From NCBI GenBank assembly GCA_964016885.1, contig OZ024749.1:22444001-22508000 (forward strand): a stretch of DNA of 64,000 nt, written 5' to 3'. Below the pieces are notes generated by a model that worked only from the letters and a program-made list of their open reading frames with translations, was not told where the DNA came from and ran no database searches. The position numbers were made by a program, and so were the translations under genes. Shown one piece after another: positions 44,571 to 59,844 of this stretch (its first letter is position 1; each line of letters opens with the position of its first letter). Source of the DNA: Eledone cirrhosa (Eukaryota).

Positions 44571-45825
44571 ACAAATTGAACGGGAACAAAACAGAGAGGC
44601 AGTACGAATGAAGGTTTATTAGTTTCACGCTCTTGAGAGTTTGGTGGTGGTGGGGAACGACGTTTCGGGCATAAGCCCTTCTTCAGGTGAAAAGTGTGTG
44701 GGAAGAGATTTCCTTGGGTGTGTAGGGGAGTGGTGGAGAGACATATAGAAAAAAGGGGGTGCGAGGAAACGGTACAAATGAAATTAAATATAAAGGCATG
44801 GTAAAAATAAAAATAATAATAATACACATGAAGTAAAACAGGTGGTGGAAGGGTGTGGGGCATGGAGGGGTGGTAGCGGGTGGAGTGGGGAGAGGGAGAC
44901 GGGGTGTCCGAGCGGGGAGGACTGAAGGTGGTGTGTGTGTGTAGGTGTACGTGTGTGTGTGTGTGTGTGTGTGTATGTGAAACTAAGAGTTGGGGAAGAA
45001 CGGGGTTGCATGTTCAGGAAGAGGTGTGTGTGGGGTGGGGTGTAGGTCGGAGTGTGTGTGCGTGTGTGGATAGAGGGGTGGGGGGAGAGGATTCCGGAGG
45101 CTGAATGTGTAAATATGTGGTGGTACGTACGTGTGTGTGTGGTGTTTATGCGTGTTGTGGATGTAGGTGGCGTGTGGGGAAAAAAATGTTTTTGGGTGTA
45201 TGTCCGAAGGTGAGTCGTTAAGGTAATTCCGTAGATGGTGTGGTGGAATGCTGAGTAATATCCTTGGGATGTGGTGGATTCTAGGGATCGAGGTGCACAT
45301 ATGTGTAATCCGTGAAGAGATTGGTCGGAAGAGGGGAGATGTGGGGTGCGCGCGCAACAGGAAGTGGTCAGAGGGTCAAGGCAAGAGGAGGGTGTGTTTC
45401 TGTGTGTGCAGGGAGGTGGTCAGAGAGGCATAGCAGCAGTAGGGTAGAATGGTAAGTGAAGAAAGTCGGTGTGTCAGTGCGTGCGCAGGGGCGGTGGACA
45501 GGGGAGAGGATGGGTAGGTGTGAAAATTGGAGTGAGAGGTGTGTGTGTGTGTATTAGTAGAGGTGTTAGTAGGATGTGTGTGTGTTTGAGAAAGGGTGTG
45601 GATGTAGCGGGGAGAGAAGGGTGTGGGGGTCGATGGAGGGAGTGTAATGTACTGGTGTGTGTGCGTGTTTGGATGAGTGTGTGTGTGGTGAAGGGGGTGT
45701 TAGTGGGTGTTAGTATACTGGAGGTGGAGAAAGGGTTGAATGCGGGTGTGAATGGGGGTCAGTGGTGGTAGGGTGTGTAGAGTGGGTGGTGTAAGAGCGT
45801 GTGCGTGTACTTCACTCTTCCACTA
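44567..45825 (-). mobile_element. Non-coding PLE-like element with minimal hammerhead core near its 3' end
   Basis: Minus strand CTGAAGA-A-GGGC.TTAT.GCCC-GAAAC-GTC (44657-44688, weak stem I), AATAAA, then (TA)n. Flanked by (TA)n on both sides. Confidence 0.55.
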
Positions 45826-45831
45826 TATATA

Positions 45832-45887
<56 letters not shown>

Positions 45888-46332
45888 ATTAAAATACTGG
45901 AGCGTGTTGGATTTAAACACCCTCTTAGTATTATAGAAATGATATATATATATATATTTATATATATATATATATATATATGTACATACATGTATATGTA
46001 CATACATATATATATATGAATATTATATATATATATATACACACACACATATATATATATGTGTGTGTGTGTGTCAGTGTATGTGTGTGTATGCATTATG
46101 CATGTGTTTAACATATATGAGGACATGTTACGACGAAACTGAGAATTATCTGTTATAGAAGTTGTATGTAATTGGGATAAATGTCATTTATACAACTTCA
46201 TATACATACATAAATATAAACAAACATGAATTTCACAACCCTTTAACGGCACCTCAACTTGGTAGCATGGCATGTCTAATTGCCCTCAATACACATCCGT
46301 TCAACCCGATTATGACAGATTTGGGGGCTAAT

Positions 46333-46434
<102 letters not shown>

Positions 46435-46472
46435 AAAACCAGCTGACGATCCGCTGAGGTGAAACAAATTTG

Positions 46473-46516
<44 letters not shown>

Positions 46517-46522
<6 letters not shown>

Positions 46523-46949
46523 AGGATTATCTAAGATGTAGTGATGGTTAATTACTACACTGGATATGGTTGACGTACGGTAAGAGGTTACTCTACGAGT
46601 TATGGAAGAATTGTTCAAGAAACTTAGTTCCTGGTCCTTCAGTATTCCGGAGTGTATATAAAGAATGAATAATAACAGGTAGACATCATAAAAAGGTAAT
46701 TTATTCCGTATGCTTACAAGTGTTTCCACGGTGGTACTGCAGCCTAGTTCCGCTACGTGCAAATTCACAAGTATTTGCAGAACTGCATTCTGCTCTGAGG
46801 AAACAGTGGTCACAGCATTGGATATTCGAGTTCTGCAAATACTTGTGAATTTGCACGTAGCGGAACTAGGCTGCAGTACCACCGTGGAAACACTTGTAAG
46901 CACACGGAATAAATTACCTTTTTATGATGTCTACCTGTTATTATTCATT

Positions 46950-46958
<9 letters not shown>
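46517..46958 (-). mobile_element. Foldback + tail element (arms ~130 bp)
   Basis: Arms 46655-46784 and 46829-46958; tail on left; in (TA)n. Confidence 0.8.
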
Positions 46959-47015
<57 letters not shown>

Positions 47016-47157
47016 CGAAGGAAATGTGGTAAGGAACCAGGTGGACCATAACGCACCAAAGTACTCAATACTTGGGGTAGTAGAGTGGGTAATAGGAACC
47101 AGTAAGACCCCAGAGGTGTTACTGGTTCCTATTATATATATATATATATTTTATATA

Positions 47158-49232
<2,075 letters not shown>

Positions 49233-49522
49233 TATATATATATAAATGGAATAGAATGAAACGAAATTTCATTTCTCACTCTTAGAATGGCACTTTCTTA
49301 AATGTAAGTATGTATGTATACGTACATACATATATGTATGCAGACGTAGAGTAGCATGTATATATATACATACAGGCATACATATATATATGCACGTATC
49401 AGTTTACCGAACATTTATTATAATGCTCGGTTTGTTCGTTTGTAAACAAACAAACAGCATGAATTACGCCGTACAGTGTTTAGGCAACCACGTCACCTTT
49501 TTGTTCAACACTGACACAGGAA

Positions 49523-49563
49523 CGATGTACCAGTTTCAAGCTTATTAGCTATCGTCAGCACCG
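49523..49563 (-). ncRNA. Minimal type I hammerhead, unit 1
   Basis: CGGTG-CTGACGA-TAGCT.AATA.AGCTT-GAAAC-TG-GTA-CATCG. Confidence 0.8.
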
Positions 49564-49964
49564 TATACCTTTCTGCCAGATGGTTGAACGTCCGAAAGTA
49601 TATACTTTCCTTATGAAAATTAACGGCTGAGCAGCCTAATTTGCATATCGAGTGAGTTCAGTTGACCAGGCGCACCGAAAACGATAAATGGAATAGAATG
49701 AAACGAAATTTCATTTCTCACTCTTAGTACGGCACTTACTTAAATTTAAGTATGTATGTATACGTACATACACATATGTATACAGACGTAGAGTAGCATG
49801 TATATATATGCATACAGGCACACATATATATATGCACGTATCAGTTTACCGAACATTTATTATAATGCTCGGTTTGTTCGTTTGTAAACAAACAAACAGC
49901 CTGAATTACGCCGTACAGTGTTTAGGCAACCACGTCACCTTTTTCTTCAACACTGACACAGGAA

Positions 49965-50005
49965 CGATCTACTAGTTTCAAGCTTATTAGCTATCGTCAG
50001 CACCG
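49965..50005 (-). ncRNA. Minimal type I hammerhead, unit 2
   Basis: CGGTG-CTGACGA-TAGCT.AATA.AGCTT-GAAAC-TA-GTA-GATCG; palindromic ACTAGT stem III; one stem I mismatch. Confidence 0.75.
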
Positions 50006-50572
50006 TATACCTTTCTGCCAGATGGTTGAACGTCCGACAGTATATACTTTCCTTATGAAAATTAACGGCTGAGCAGCCTAATTTGCATATCGAGTGAGTT
50101 CAGTCGGCCAGGAGCACCGAAAACGATAAATGGAATAGAATGAAACGAAATTTCATTTCTCACTCTTACTACGGCACTTACTTAAATGTAAGTATGTATG
50201 TATACGTACATACATATATGTATGCAGACGTACAGTAGCATGTATATATATACATACAGGCACACATATATATATGCACGTATCAGTTTACCGAACATTT
50301 ATTATAATGCTCCGTTTGTTCGTTTGTAAACAAACAAACAGCCTGAATTACGCCGTACAGTGTTTAGGCAACCACGTCACCTTTTTGTTCAACAGTGTAC
50401 GGCGTAATTCACGCTGTTTGTTTGTTTACAAACGAACAAACCGAGCATTATAATAAATGTTCGGTAAACTGATATGTGCATATATATATGCGTGCCTGTA
50501 TGTATATATATACATGCTACTGTACGTCTGTATACATATATGTATGTACGTATACATACATACTTACATTTA

Positions 50573-50641
<69 letters not shown>

Positions 50642-50844
50642 TTAAGGATACTATTTATGGTTAAGTATGTAATAAAACCTTTAATGGTAATATATTATTT
50701 ATACAAACCTTAAATAGTGAAAGATAGTCATTAATTACTATCCTATTACCAGTAAGATAAATAGCTCAATGTAATAACATCAGTTGTTTTACAGAGCAGT
50801 TATATAGAGGTTACAATAATCAAAGTTCAGTTTAAGTCATTTAT

Positions 50845-50893
50845 TTGCTTACAATTGTTTCCTCCAAACCGAGGTTTGGATTCTTCGGAGCAA
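50845..50893 (-). ncRNA. Hammerhead-like motif with CCGAAGA core, in foldback element 50639-51076
   Basis: TTGCT-CCGAAGA-A-TCCAAACC.TC.GGTTTGGA-G-GAAAC-AATT-GTA-AGCAA. Confidence 0.65.
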
Positions 50894-51070
50894 CTATTTA
50901 CTGATCTATAACATACTTGACCTCCTTTTCAACCCAAGAGACATATAAAACATATGCGCATATTGATCAACAGTGGGGTGACATTCATCAAATGATATAG
51001 CATACATACTCGGTTTGGAGGAAACAATTGTAAGCAAATAAATGACTTAAACTGAACTTTGATTATTGTA

Positions 51071-51145
<75 letters not shown>

Positions 51146-51147
51146 CA

Positions 51148-51356
<209 letters not shown>

Positions 51357-51446
51357 AAATGTAAACAGAAATAACAACACAATCGATACAGTATATGGAA
51401 GGAATATATTAGATTAACGCTTGAAATAGCAGAAATAGAGAGAAAC

Positions 51447-51482
<36 letters not shown>

Positions 51483-51497
51483 GTTTCTCTCTCTCTC

Positions 51498-51529
<32 letters not shown>

Positions 51530-52369
51530 AGTATGTATGTAAATTAATGTATATATTTACTTCTAAATGGAAGCAAATTATTATCCTATATTTGGCCAGT
51601 GGTTATTGAATATAAAGTTTATTCGCCATATTTTAATCAATTCCTCAGAAACGCAGCAAGAACACAACCGACGTACAACAACTCTATATGAATGCACTGA
51701 ACTATGAGAGTGGTGAGTGGAAAACATCTGTTCGAAGTTACACGGTTCAGCAGATTTACATTGTTCCTTTTGTTCTTGTCTCTTGAAGAAAATTGCCTCC
51801 TGAATTAATGTAAAATTCCTCTAGAGCAACCCATATGTTGTTGTCACCACCAATTAAAATATCAATGCTACGAATTGTAATAAAGACGATCAAAATCAGT
51901 AAGAAAATGCAATAAACCCCTGCAGATATATAATCTGGCAGAACCAGCAGTGAATACTTTTACGAAATATTCAAAATTATCCAACTGACAAATTCTCTGA
52001 CATTGATAGAACTAATAATCGTAATAAAGTCAATCAAAATTGAAAGAAAAACCCACTAAAAAACCCATTGTTTTCGGAGAATATCCAGTAAAATCTTGCA
52101 TATATATAAATTGGATGAACCAGCAGTTAATGTATTTACGATATATTAGGAAAGCTCAACAGATTCGTACAATCTCGGCCGATAAATTGATATAGTTTTT
52201 ATAAGTCAGCAATATTACAACGTAACTCAGGGAGTCACTCCAAGTAGAGCCTCTACTTCTCCGAATTGAGAGATGGCAGCTCCGATACTACGGGATTGTG
52301 GTTAGAATGTCTCAAAAGAATCACTGGATAGATTTATAGCTCGGAGATCAGAGAGTTGCTAGAAGAAGG

Positions 52370-52433
<64 letters not shown>

Positions 52434-52434
<1 letters not shown>

Positions 52435-52862
52435 TTTAGGATACAGACGGACAAAAAACTGGAACACAATAGACCTGACCTGGTGGTTGTGGACAAAGAA
52501 AAAAGATCGTGCCTGATTGTGGATGTGGCCTGCCCGTTCGACACGAGAGTGCAAGAGAAGGAGAGGGAGAAAATTAACCGATACCAGGACCTAAAGTGGG
52601 AGGTGAAAAGGATTTGGAACTGCCATGAAGTCAAAGTGATCCCGATTGTCATAGGCGCACTGGGGACTATCTCCAAAAGTTTCCAGGGATGGTTAAAGAA
52701 AATCGGCCCCTTCACGCTTTTTGGAACGCTTCAAAAGGCATGCTTGCTTGGAACAGCAAGAACCCTCCGATACGTCCTGAATATCTGAGGCTGCAGGTAG
52801 TGGCTTGATATTCAATCCAACGGACTTTCCAGTTAACCAACATCAATGACTGAGATTCAAGG
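52434..52862 (+). mobile_element. Dong/R4-like element, 5'-truncated copy A
   Basis: RPDLV..IVDVACP..EKINRY REL domain plus 3' UTR; between (TAA)n tracts. Confidence 0.9.
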
Positions 52863-52900
52863 AATAACAATAACAATATAATAATAATAATAATAATAAT

Positions 52901-53150
52901 GATTTCTTTATTAACCACAAGGGTTTATATAAAGTAGACATTAAGGACAGTGCAGGACAATGCAGGACGGTACAAATGGGCATTTCTGCGTGTAAAAAAA
53001 CAGAGGATGAAATAAAATAACAAAGAAAAATTCCCCAATAGGGGGGAGACTTCCGAGGGACATTTGTGGAGAAAGCCCATTAAAAGACCACAGTGGCCCT
53101 GACCACCAGGGCAAGTGCCCTCTCCCAGTTTTCCACCTTTAATTTACAGA
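52901..53150 (-). mobile_element. 3' UTR fragment of an L1/Tx1-like LINE
   Basis: Minus strand ends CCTTGTGGTTAATAAAGAAATC, like the 3' end at 36808-36828. Confidence 0.5.
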
Positions 53151-53160
53151 CACATAATTA

Positions 53161-53525
53161 TTGGTGGTTGTAGACAAAGAAAAAAGATCGTGCCTGATTG
53201 TGGATGTGGCCTGCCCATTCGACACGAGAGTGCAAGAGAAGGAGAGGGAGAAAATTAACCGATACCAGGACTTAAAGTGGGAGGTAAAAAGGATTTGGAA
53301 CTGCCATGAAGTCAAAGTGATCCCGATTGTCATAGGCGCACTAGGGACTATCTCAAAAAGTTTCCAGGGATGGGTAAAGAAAATTGGCCCCTTCACGCTT
53401 TTTGGAACGCTTCAAAAGGCATGCTTGCTGGGAACAGCAAGAACCCTCCGATACGTCCTGAATATCTGAGGCTGCAGGTAGTGGCTTGATATTCATTTCA
53501 ACATCAATGACTGAGACTCAAACAG
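53161..53525 (+). mobile_element. Dong/R4-like copy B (5'-truncated, 3' UTR deletion)
   Basis: ORF 53161..53469 is near-identical to the C-terminus of the full copy. Confidence 0.9.
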
Positions 53526-53538
53526 TAATAACAACAAC

Positions 53539-53617
<79 letters not shown>

Positions 53618-53619
<2 letters not shown>

Positions 53620-53980
53620 CCACAGACATGGAACTGGTTGAGAAGAGGAGACCTCAAAAAGGCTACAGAAGGAATGCTAATGGCTGCGCAGGAGCAGGCC
53701 CTCAAAACGAAGTGGTTGAAGCACCATATCTACAAGGAGGAGGCTAGCCCACTGTGCAGGATCTGTGGAGAGAGAGAGGAGACTGTGGCTCACATTGTGT
53801 CCGAGTGTAAACACCTAGCCCAGACCCACTATAAGGGCTGGAGACACGATGTGATGGGCAGGGTGATCCACTGGCACCTGTGCAAAGTAAACAATTTACC
53901 ACATTCTGAGAAATGGTATGAGCATAGGCCAGAGGCGGTGATGGAGAACAATCAGGTGAAGGTGCTGTGGGATTTTAGGA
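53618..53980 (+). mobile_element. Dong/R4-like copy C (internal fragment with CCHC knuckle)
   Basis: CRIC..ETVAHIVSEC, RHD; breaks at GATTTTAGG. Confidence 0.9.
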
Positions 53981-54225
53981 AAAAGAAAAAAGAAAAAAGA
54001 AAAAACAAACAACAAAAGCAGCACAGCAACAACAGTAAAAAACGAGAAAAACAGAGAAAAACAAAAACAAAAAAAGAAACCCCAAAAACGTAAAGAAAAT
54101 AAGAATGAAGAGAGAAGCAGGCGGACGGACAGAGAAGAGGGGGGAAAAAGTAAAACTTAAAAAACAAAAACTAAGTCAGACATTCGAATACTACATTACA
54201 ATGAAACTTATGCTTATTCATTTTT

Positions 54226-57200
54226 GGGGCCCTTTCTGCCCGTGTGTTTGTTTGTTTATGTGTGTCCGTATACAGCGTGGTGATAATGCCACACAAGGGC
54301 CAAGTGGGATGGCGGATCCACAGATGGCTATGTAAACATACATTCGCCAATCCTCGATAAGAGTGTTTAAATATCGAACATAAACAGTTCGAATAACGGT
54401 GAAATGGAGACTAGAACGTCATGTGACAGACTCTCACCCAACAGGTGCCCCCTGGCTCAGCAGCAGGAACCTGACTGTCAACCAAATACTGCTGATGTTG
54501 GAGGAAGAAGAAGAAGGAAAGGGGCCAGAACCAACTGGACGAAAGAATTGAATAGAACTGTTATGCAATGCTACCTGAAAAGTAACCCCAAGGAGAGGGG
54601 CTACAGGAGACGGATGCATAACATCTGGAACGAGATTGGTTTATTTAAATTAGATGAACAAAAATTGGCCGGGCAGGCCAGTAATAAGAACTAATGGGTG
54701 GATAAGCGAGCTGGAACTGGAGGAACTGAGCAGAGAGAATGGCTTGGAGATGGCGGGTGTAGTATGCCAGACAAGCGAGCCGGCGGGAAATGAAGGTGAG
54801 GAGGTCCTGAGAACGGAGGAACCACCCGAAGCAGACAATGATCTGAATACTGAGATAAATAATACCTGGAACAGAGATACGGCCACTGAGGAGATGAGTG
54901 CTGACGGGCTAGGACAAGATTCGGTTGACATCCTAAATTTAGTGGTAGATGAGTTGAACAATGATAGTGGGAGACCTATGAACCTAAGATTTGTAGACAG
55001 GAAAAAGTTAAAAGAAACAACAGCTAAGGTAAACAAAGTCATCCCATACCTTGAGGCGAGGAGTCTTCACCAGTGCAACAATATCCTCAAAGCAACAGCA
55101 AATACGGTGAGGAAACTACTTGGTATAAAAGCGAGAGGAAACAACAGACAAGAAAGAGCAGAGCCGTGGTGGAAGAAGCGACTGAGTGGGCAAATCGGGG
55201 AAATGAGAAATGACATAGGAAAGCTTGAGTCACTACTGAATGGGACACTAAAAAACATAGGCACTAAAAATAGACTGGAAATAAAATACAAAACTAGGAG
55301 TAAAAAGCTAAATATTATCATAGAGGAATTGAAGCAACGCATTGTAGCAAAGAGTGCCAAAATCAGGCGATACGAGAACAGAGTCAGTCAGTATAAACAG
55401 AACCGCATGTTCGACAACAACCAGAAGATGCTGTTTGGACAGCTTGAGGGTAAAGAAAGAGGCAACGACTTGATCCCTGGGGCGGAACAAGCTAAAACAT
55501 TCTGGAGAGGAATATGGGAGCAGGATGTTAGACACAATGCCCAGGCAGGGTGGATTGAGACAGTACAGAGGGAGATCGGTGAGCAGGCACAGCAACAGAC
55601 TGATTTGAGTATCACAGTTGAAACTCTTAAGGGGCAAGCCAAAAAATTAACCAACTGGAAATCACCAGGCCCAGATGGTGTGCAGGGGTATTGGATTAAA
55701 CATTTAACATCCCTCCACCCGAAGCTGACGGCCATGTTCAATGACTGCTTGGTGTCGGGTGAGGTGCCAGAGTGGTTGACAAAAGGTACCACAGTTCTGA
55801 TAATGAAAGACCGAATCAAGGGTAATGATGTTACCAACTATAGACCTATCACATGTCTGCCCGTAATGTGGAAACTGTTGACGAGCATTGTGTCTGAGGA
55901 AATCTACCATCACCTCCACACAAACAACTTGTTGCCGGACGAACAGAAAGGATGCCGAAAGAAGTCACGTGGTACAAAGGACCAGTTGCTTATTGATAAG
56001 ATGGTAATGGGGAATTGCAGGAGGAGACACACTGATCTTGCCATGGGATGGATAGACTACAGAAAGGCATTTGACATGGTGCCTCATTCCTGGATCACCA
56101 AAAGCCTGGAGATCTTCAGGGTGGCAGATAACATCAGACAGTTGCTGGGCAGGAGTATGAGGTCCTGGGAGACAGAGTTGACATCAACTGGAGTATCCTT
56201 GGGAAGCGTGAAGATCAAGAGAGGTATCTTCCAGGGAGATAGCCTGTCCCCTCTGTTGTTTGTCCTTGCCCTGATGCCCTTGACCATTATGCTGCGAAAA
56301 GTGAGAGCAGGATACAAGTTGGGAAGGGGAGAGCTTACCATCAATCACCTCCTCTTCATGGACGATCTTAAGCTCTTCGGGAAAAGTGAGAAGGAGTTGG
56401 ATGTGCTTGTTGACACTGTCCGTATTTTCAGCAGTGATATATGTATGCAGTTTGGTATTGGTAAATGTGGAGTCATTGTGATGAGGAGGGGTAGGTTGAG
56501 CAGAAGTAACGGGATCCAGATACCAACAGGTGAGATGATAAAGGAAATTGACTCTGAGGAAGGATACAAGTATTTGGGCGTTCTGGAGGCTGATGGCATA
56601 AAGAACAAAAAAATGAAGGAATTGTTAAGAACTGAATACATTCGGAGAGTAAGGAGCGTATTGAAGTCACATCTGAACAGCAGAAATGCCATAAGCGCAG
56701 TAAATTCCCGAGCTGTGTCTATTATTAGGTACAGTGCGGGAATTCTGAGATGGAATGTTGCTGAACAAAAAGAAATGGATAGGAAGACTAGGAAGCTATT
56801 GACTATCTACAACATGTTCCACAAGAGGAGTGATGTCGATAGACTCTACCTAAGGAGATCTGAGGGTGGAAGAGGTCTTATCAGCATAGAGGACTGTGTT
56901 CAGATGGAGAAAAACAACCTATACAAATACGTGACCTATAGTAAGGAGCCAATGCTCAGAGCTGTACTGAAGGAGGGGACAGTAGGCCAGGGGATACCCA
57001 AGGAGGAAATAACACCAAGGAGGAAGAGCAGCCTTAAGGGAAAATCCCTTCATAGTACCTTCTTTGAGAAAACTGAATTTAGAGATCCACAGACATGGAA
57101 CTGGTTGAGAAGAGGAGACCTCAAAAAGGCTACAGAAGGAATGCTAATGGCTGCGCAGGAGCAGGCCCTCAAAACGAAGTGGTTGAAGCACCATATCTAC

Positions 57201-57870
57201 AAGGAGGAGGCTAGCCCACTGTGCAGGATCTGTGGAGAGAGAGAGGAGACTGTGGCTCACATTGTGTCCGAGTGTAAACACCTATCCCAGACCCACTATA
57301 AGGGCTGGAGACACGATGTGATGGGCAGGGTGATCCACTGGCACCTGTGCAAAGTAAACAATCTACCACATTCTGAGAAATGGTATGAGCATAGACCAGA
57401 GGCGGTGATGGAGAACAGTCAGGTGAAGGTGCTGTGGGATTTTAGGATACAGACGGACAAAAAACTGGAACACAATAGACCTGACCTGGTGGTTGTGGAC
57501 AAAGAAAAAAGATCGTGCCTGATTGTGGATGTGGCCTGCCCGTTCGACACGAGAGTGCAAGAGAAGGAGAGGGAGAAAATTAACCGATACCAGGACCTAA
57601 AGTGGGAGGTGAAAAGGATTTGGAACTGCCATGAAGTCAAAGTGATCCCGATTGTCATAGGCGCACTGGGGACTATCTCCAAAGGTTTCCAGGGATGGTT
57701 AAAGAAAATCGGCCCCTTCACGCTTTTTGGAACGCTTCAAAAGGCATGCTTGCTTGGAACGGCAAGAACCCTCCGATACGTCCAGAATATCTGAGGCTGC
57801 AGGTAGTGGCTTGATATTCAATCCAACGGACTTTCCAGTTAACCAACATCAATGACTGAGATTCAAGGAA
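54226..57870 (+). mobile_element. Near-full-length R4/Dong-clade non-LTR retrotransposon (copy D)
   Basis: Single long ORF with RT, CCHC and REL domains; short 3' UTR ending in (AAT)n. The 5' boundary is uncertain (53981-54226). Confidence 0.92.
54404..57794 (+). CDS. RT + CCHC zinc knuckle + restriction-like endonuclease polyprotein; one frameshift near 54680
   Basis: ORFs 54404..54694 and 54654..57794. Motifs: WKSPGPD, NYRPITCL, IDYRKAFD, GIFQGDSLSP, FMDDLKL, YKYLG, GGRGL, CRIC..H..C, RHD, PD..D..EK. Confidence 0.92.
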
Positions 57871-57897
57871 TAACAATAACAATAATAATAATAATAA

Positions 57898-59370
57898 TTG
57901 GATGTGCTTGTTGACACTGTCCGTATTTTCAGCAGTGATATATGTATGCAGTTTGGTATTAGTAAATGTGGAGTCATTGTGATGAGGAGGGGTAGGTTGA
58001 GCAGAAGTAACGGGATCCAGATACCAACAGGTGAGATGATAAAGGAAATTGACTCTGAGGAAGGATACAAGTATTTGGGCGTTCTGGAGGCTGATGGCAT
58101 AAAGAACAAAAAAATGAAGGAATTGTTAAGAACTGAATACATTCGGAGAGTAAGGAGCGTATTGAAGTCACATCTGAACAGCAGAAATGCCATAAGCGCA
58201 GTAAATTCCCGAGCTGTGTCTATTATTAGGTACAGTGCGGGAATTCTGAGATGGAATGTTGCTGAACAAAAAGAAATGGATAGGAAGACTAAGTAGCTAT
58301 TGACTATCTACAACATGTTCCACAAGAGGAGTGATGTCGATAGACTCTACCTAAGGAGTTCTGAGGGTGGAAGAGGTCTTATCAGCATAGAGGACTGTGT
58401 TCAGATGGAGAAAAACAACCTATACAAATACGTGACCTATAGTAAGGAGCCAATGCTCAGAACTGTACTGAAGGAGGGGACAGTAGGCCAGGGGATGTCC
58501 AAGGAGGAAATAACATCAAGGAGGAAGAGCAGCCTTAAGGGAAAATCCCTTCATAGTACCTTCTTTGAGAAAACTGAATTTAGAGATCCACAGACATGGA
58601 ACTGGTTGAGAAGAGGAGACCTCAAAAAGGCTACAGAAGGAATGCTAATGGCTGCGCAGGAGCAGGCCCTCAAAACGAAGTGGTTGAAGCACCATATTTA
58701 CAAGGAGGAGGCTAGCCCACTGTGCAGGATCTGTGGAGAGAGAGAGGAGACTGTGGCTCACATTGTGTCCGAGTGTAAACACCTAGCCCAAACCCACTAT
58801 AAGGGCTGGAGACATGATGTGATGGGCAGGGTGATCCACTGGCACCTGTGCAAAGTAAACAATTTACCACATTCTGAGAAATGGTATGAGCATAGGCCAG
58901 AGGCGGAGATGGAGAACAATCAGGTGAAGGTGCTGTGGGATTTTAGGATACAGACGGACAAAAAACTGGAACACAATAGACCTGACCTGGTGGTTGTGGA
59001 CAAAGAAAAAAGATCGTGTCTGTTTGTGGATGTGGCCTGCCCTTTCGACACGAGAGTGCAAGAGAAGGAGAGGGAGAAAATTAACCGATACCAGGACCTA
59101 AAGTGGGAGGTGAAAAGGATTTGGAACTGCCATGAAGTCAAAGTGATCCCGATTGTCATAGGCGCACTGGGGACTATCTCCAAAAGTTTCCAGGGATGGT
59201 TAAAGAAAATCGGCCCCTTCACGCTTTTTGGAACGCTTCAAAAGGCATGCTTGCTGGGAACAGCAAGAACCCTCCGATACGTCCTGAATATCTGAGGCTG
59301 CAGGTAGTGGCTTGATATTCATTCCAACGGACTTTCCAGTTAACCAACATCAATGACTGAGATTCAAGGA
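57898..59370 (+). mobile_element. Dong/R4-like copy E (5'-truncated, premature TAG at 58294-58296)
   Basis: ORFs 57898..58296 and 58300..59295 are near-identical to copy D; flanked by (TAA)n. Confidence 0.92.
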
Positions 59371-59732
59371 ATAACAACAACAATAATAATAATAATAATA
59401 ATAATAATAAGAAGAAGAAGAATATGCAACTTTACAAAATATACGAAAGGAGACAGGCATTGCTGAGTGTGTGATTTTAAGGTTCGTTTGGTGGGTTTTA
59501 AAGGGTTTTTCAAAGGTTCTTCTGGCGTGGTTACGTGTCTTTGTTACACTAAGGCTGAAATAAGAAATATAATGAAAATATGTGTAGAATGATAATATAT
59601 ATACATTGTGTACATTCCAACGTCCATTCAAAATCGAAGTCATATGTGCTACTGTTAGAAATCAATTTAATTTCGTTTATCATCGAATTTCAGATGTATC
59701 GACGAGTGTTTCCACCTGGGAAACAACGACGG

Positions 59733-59844
<112 letters not shown>

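Larger units (their letters stand above)
49242..50571 (-). mobile_element. 442-bp tandem repeat (~2.6 units) with one hammerhead per complete unit and a terminal inversion; retrozyme-like
   Basis: Unit starts at 49242, 49684 and 50126. 50396-50571 is an inverted copy of 50184-50359. Confidence 0.85.
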
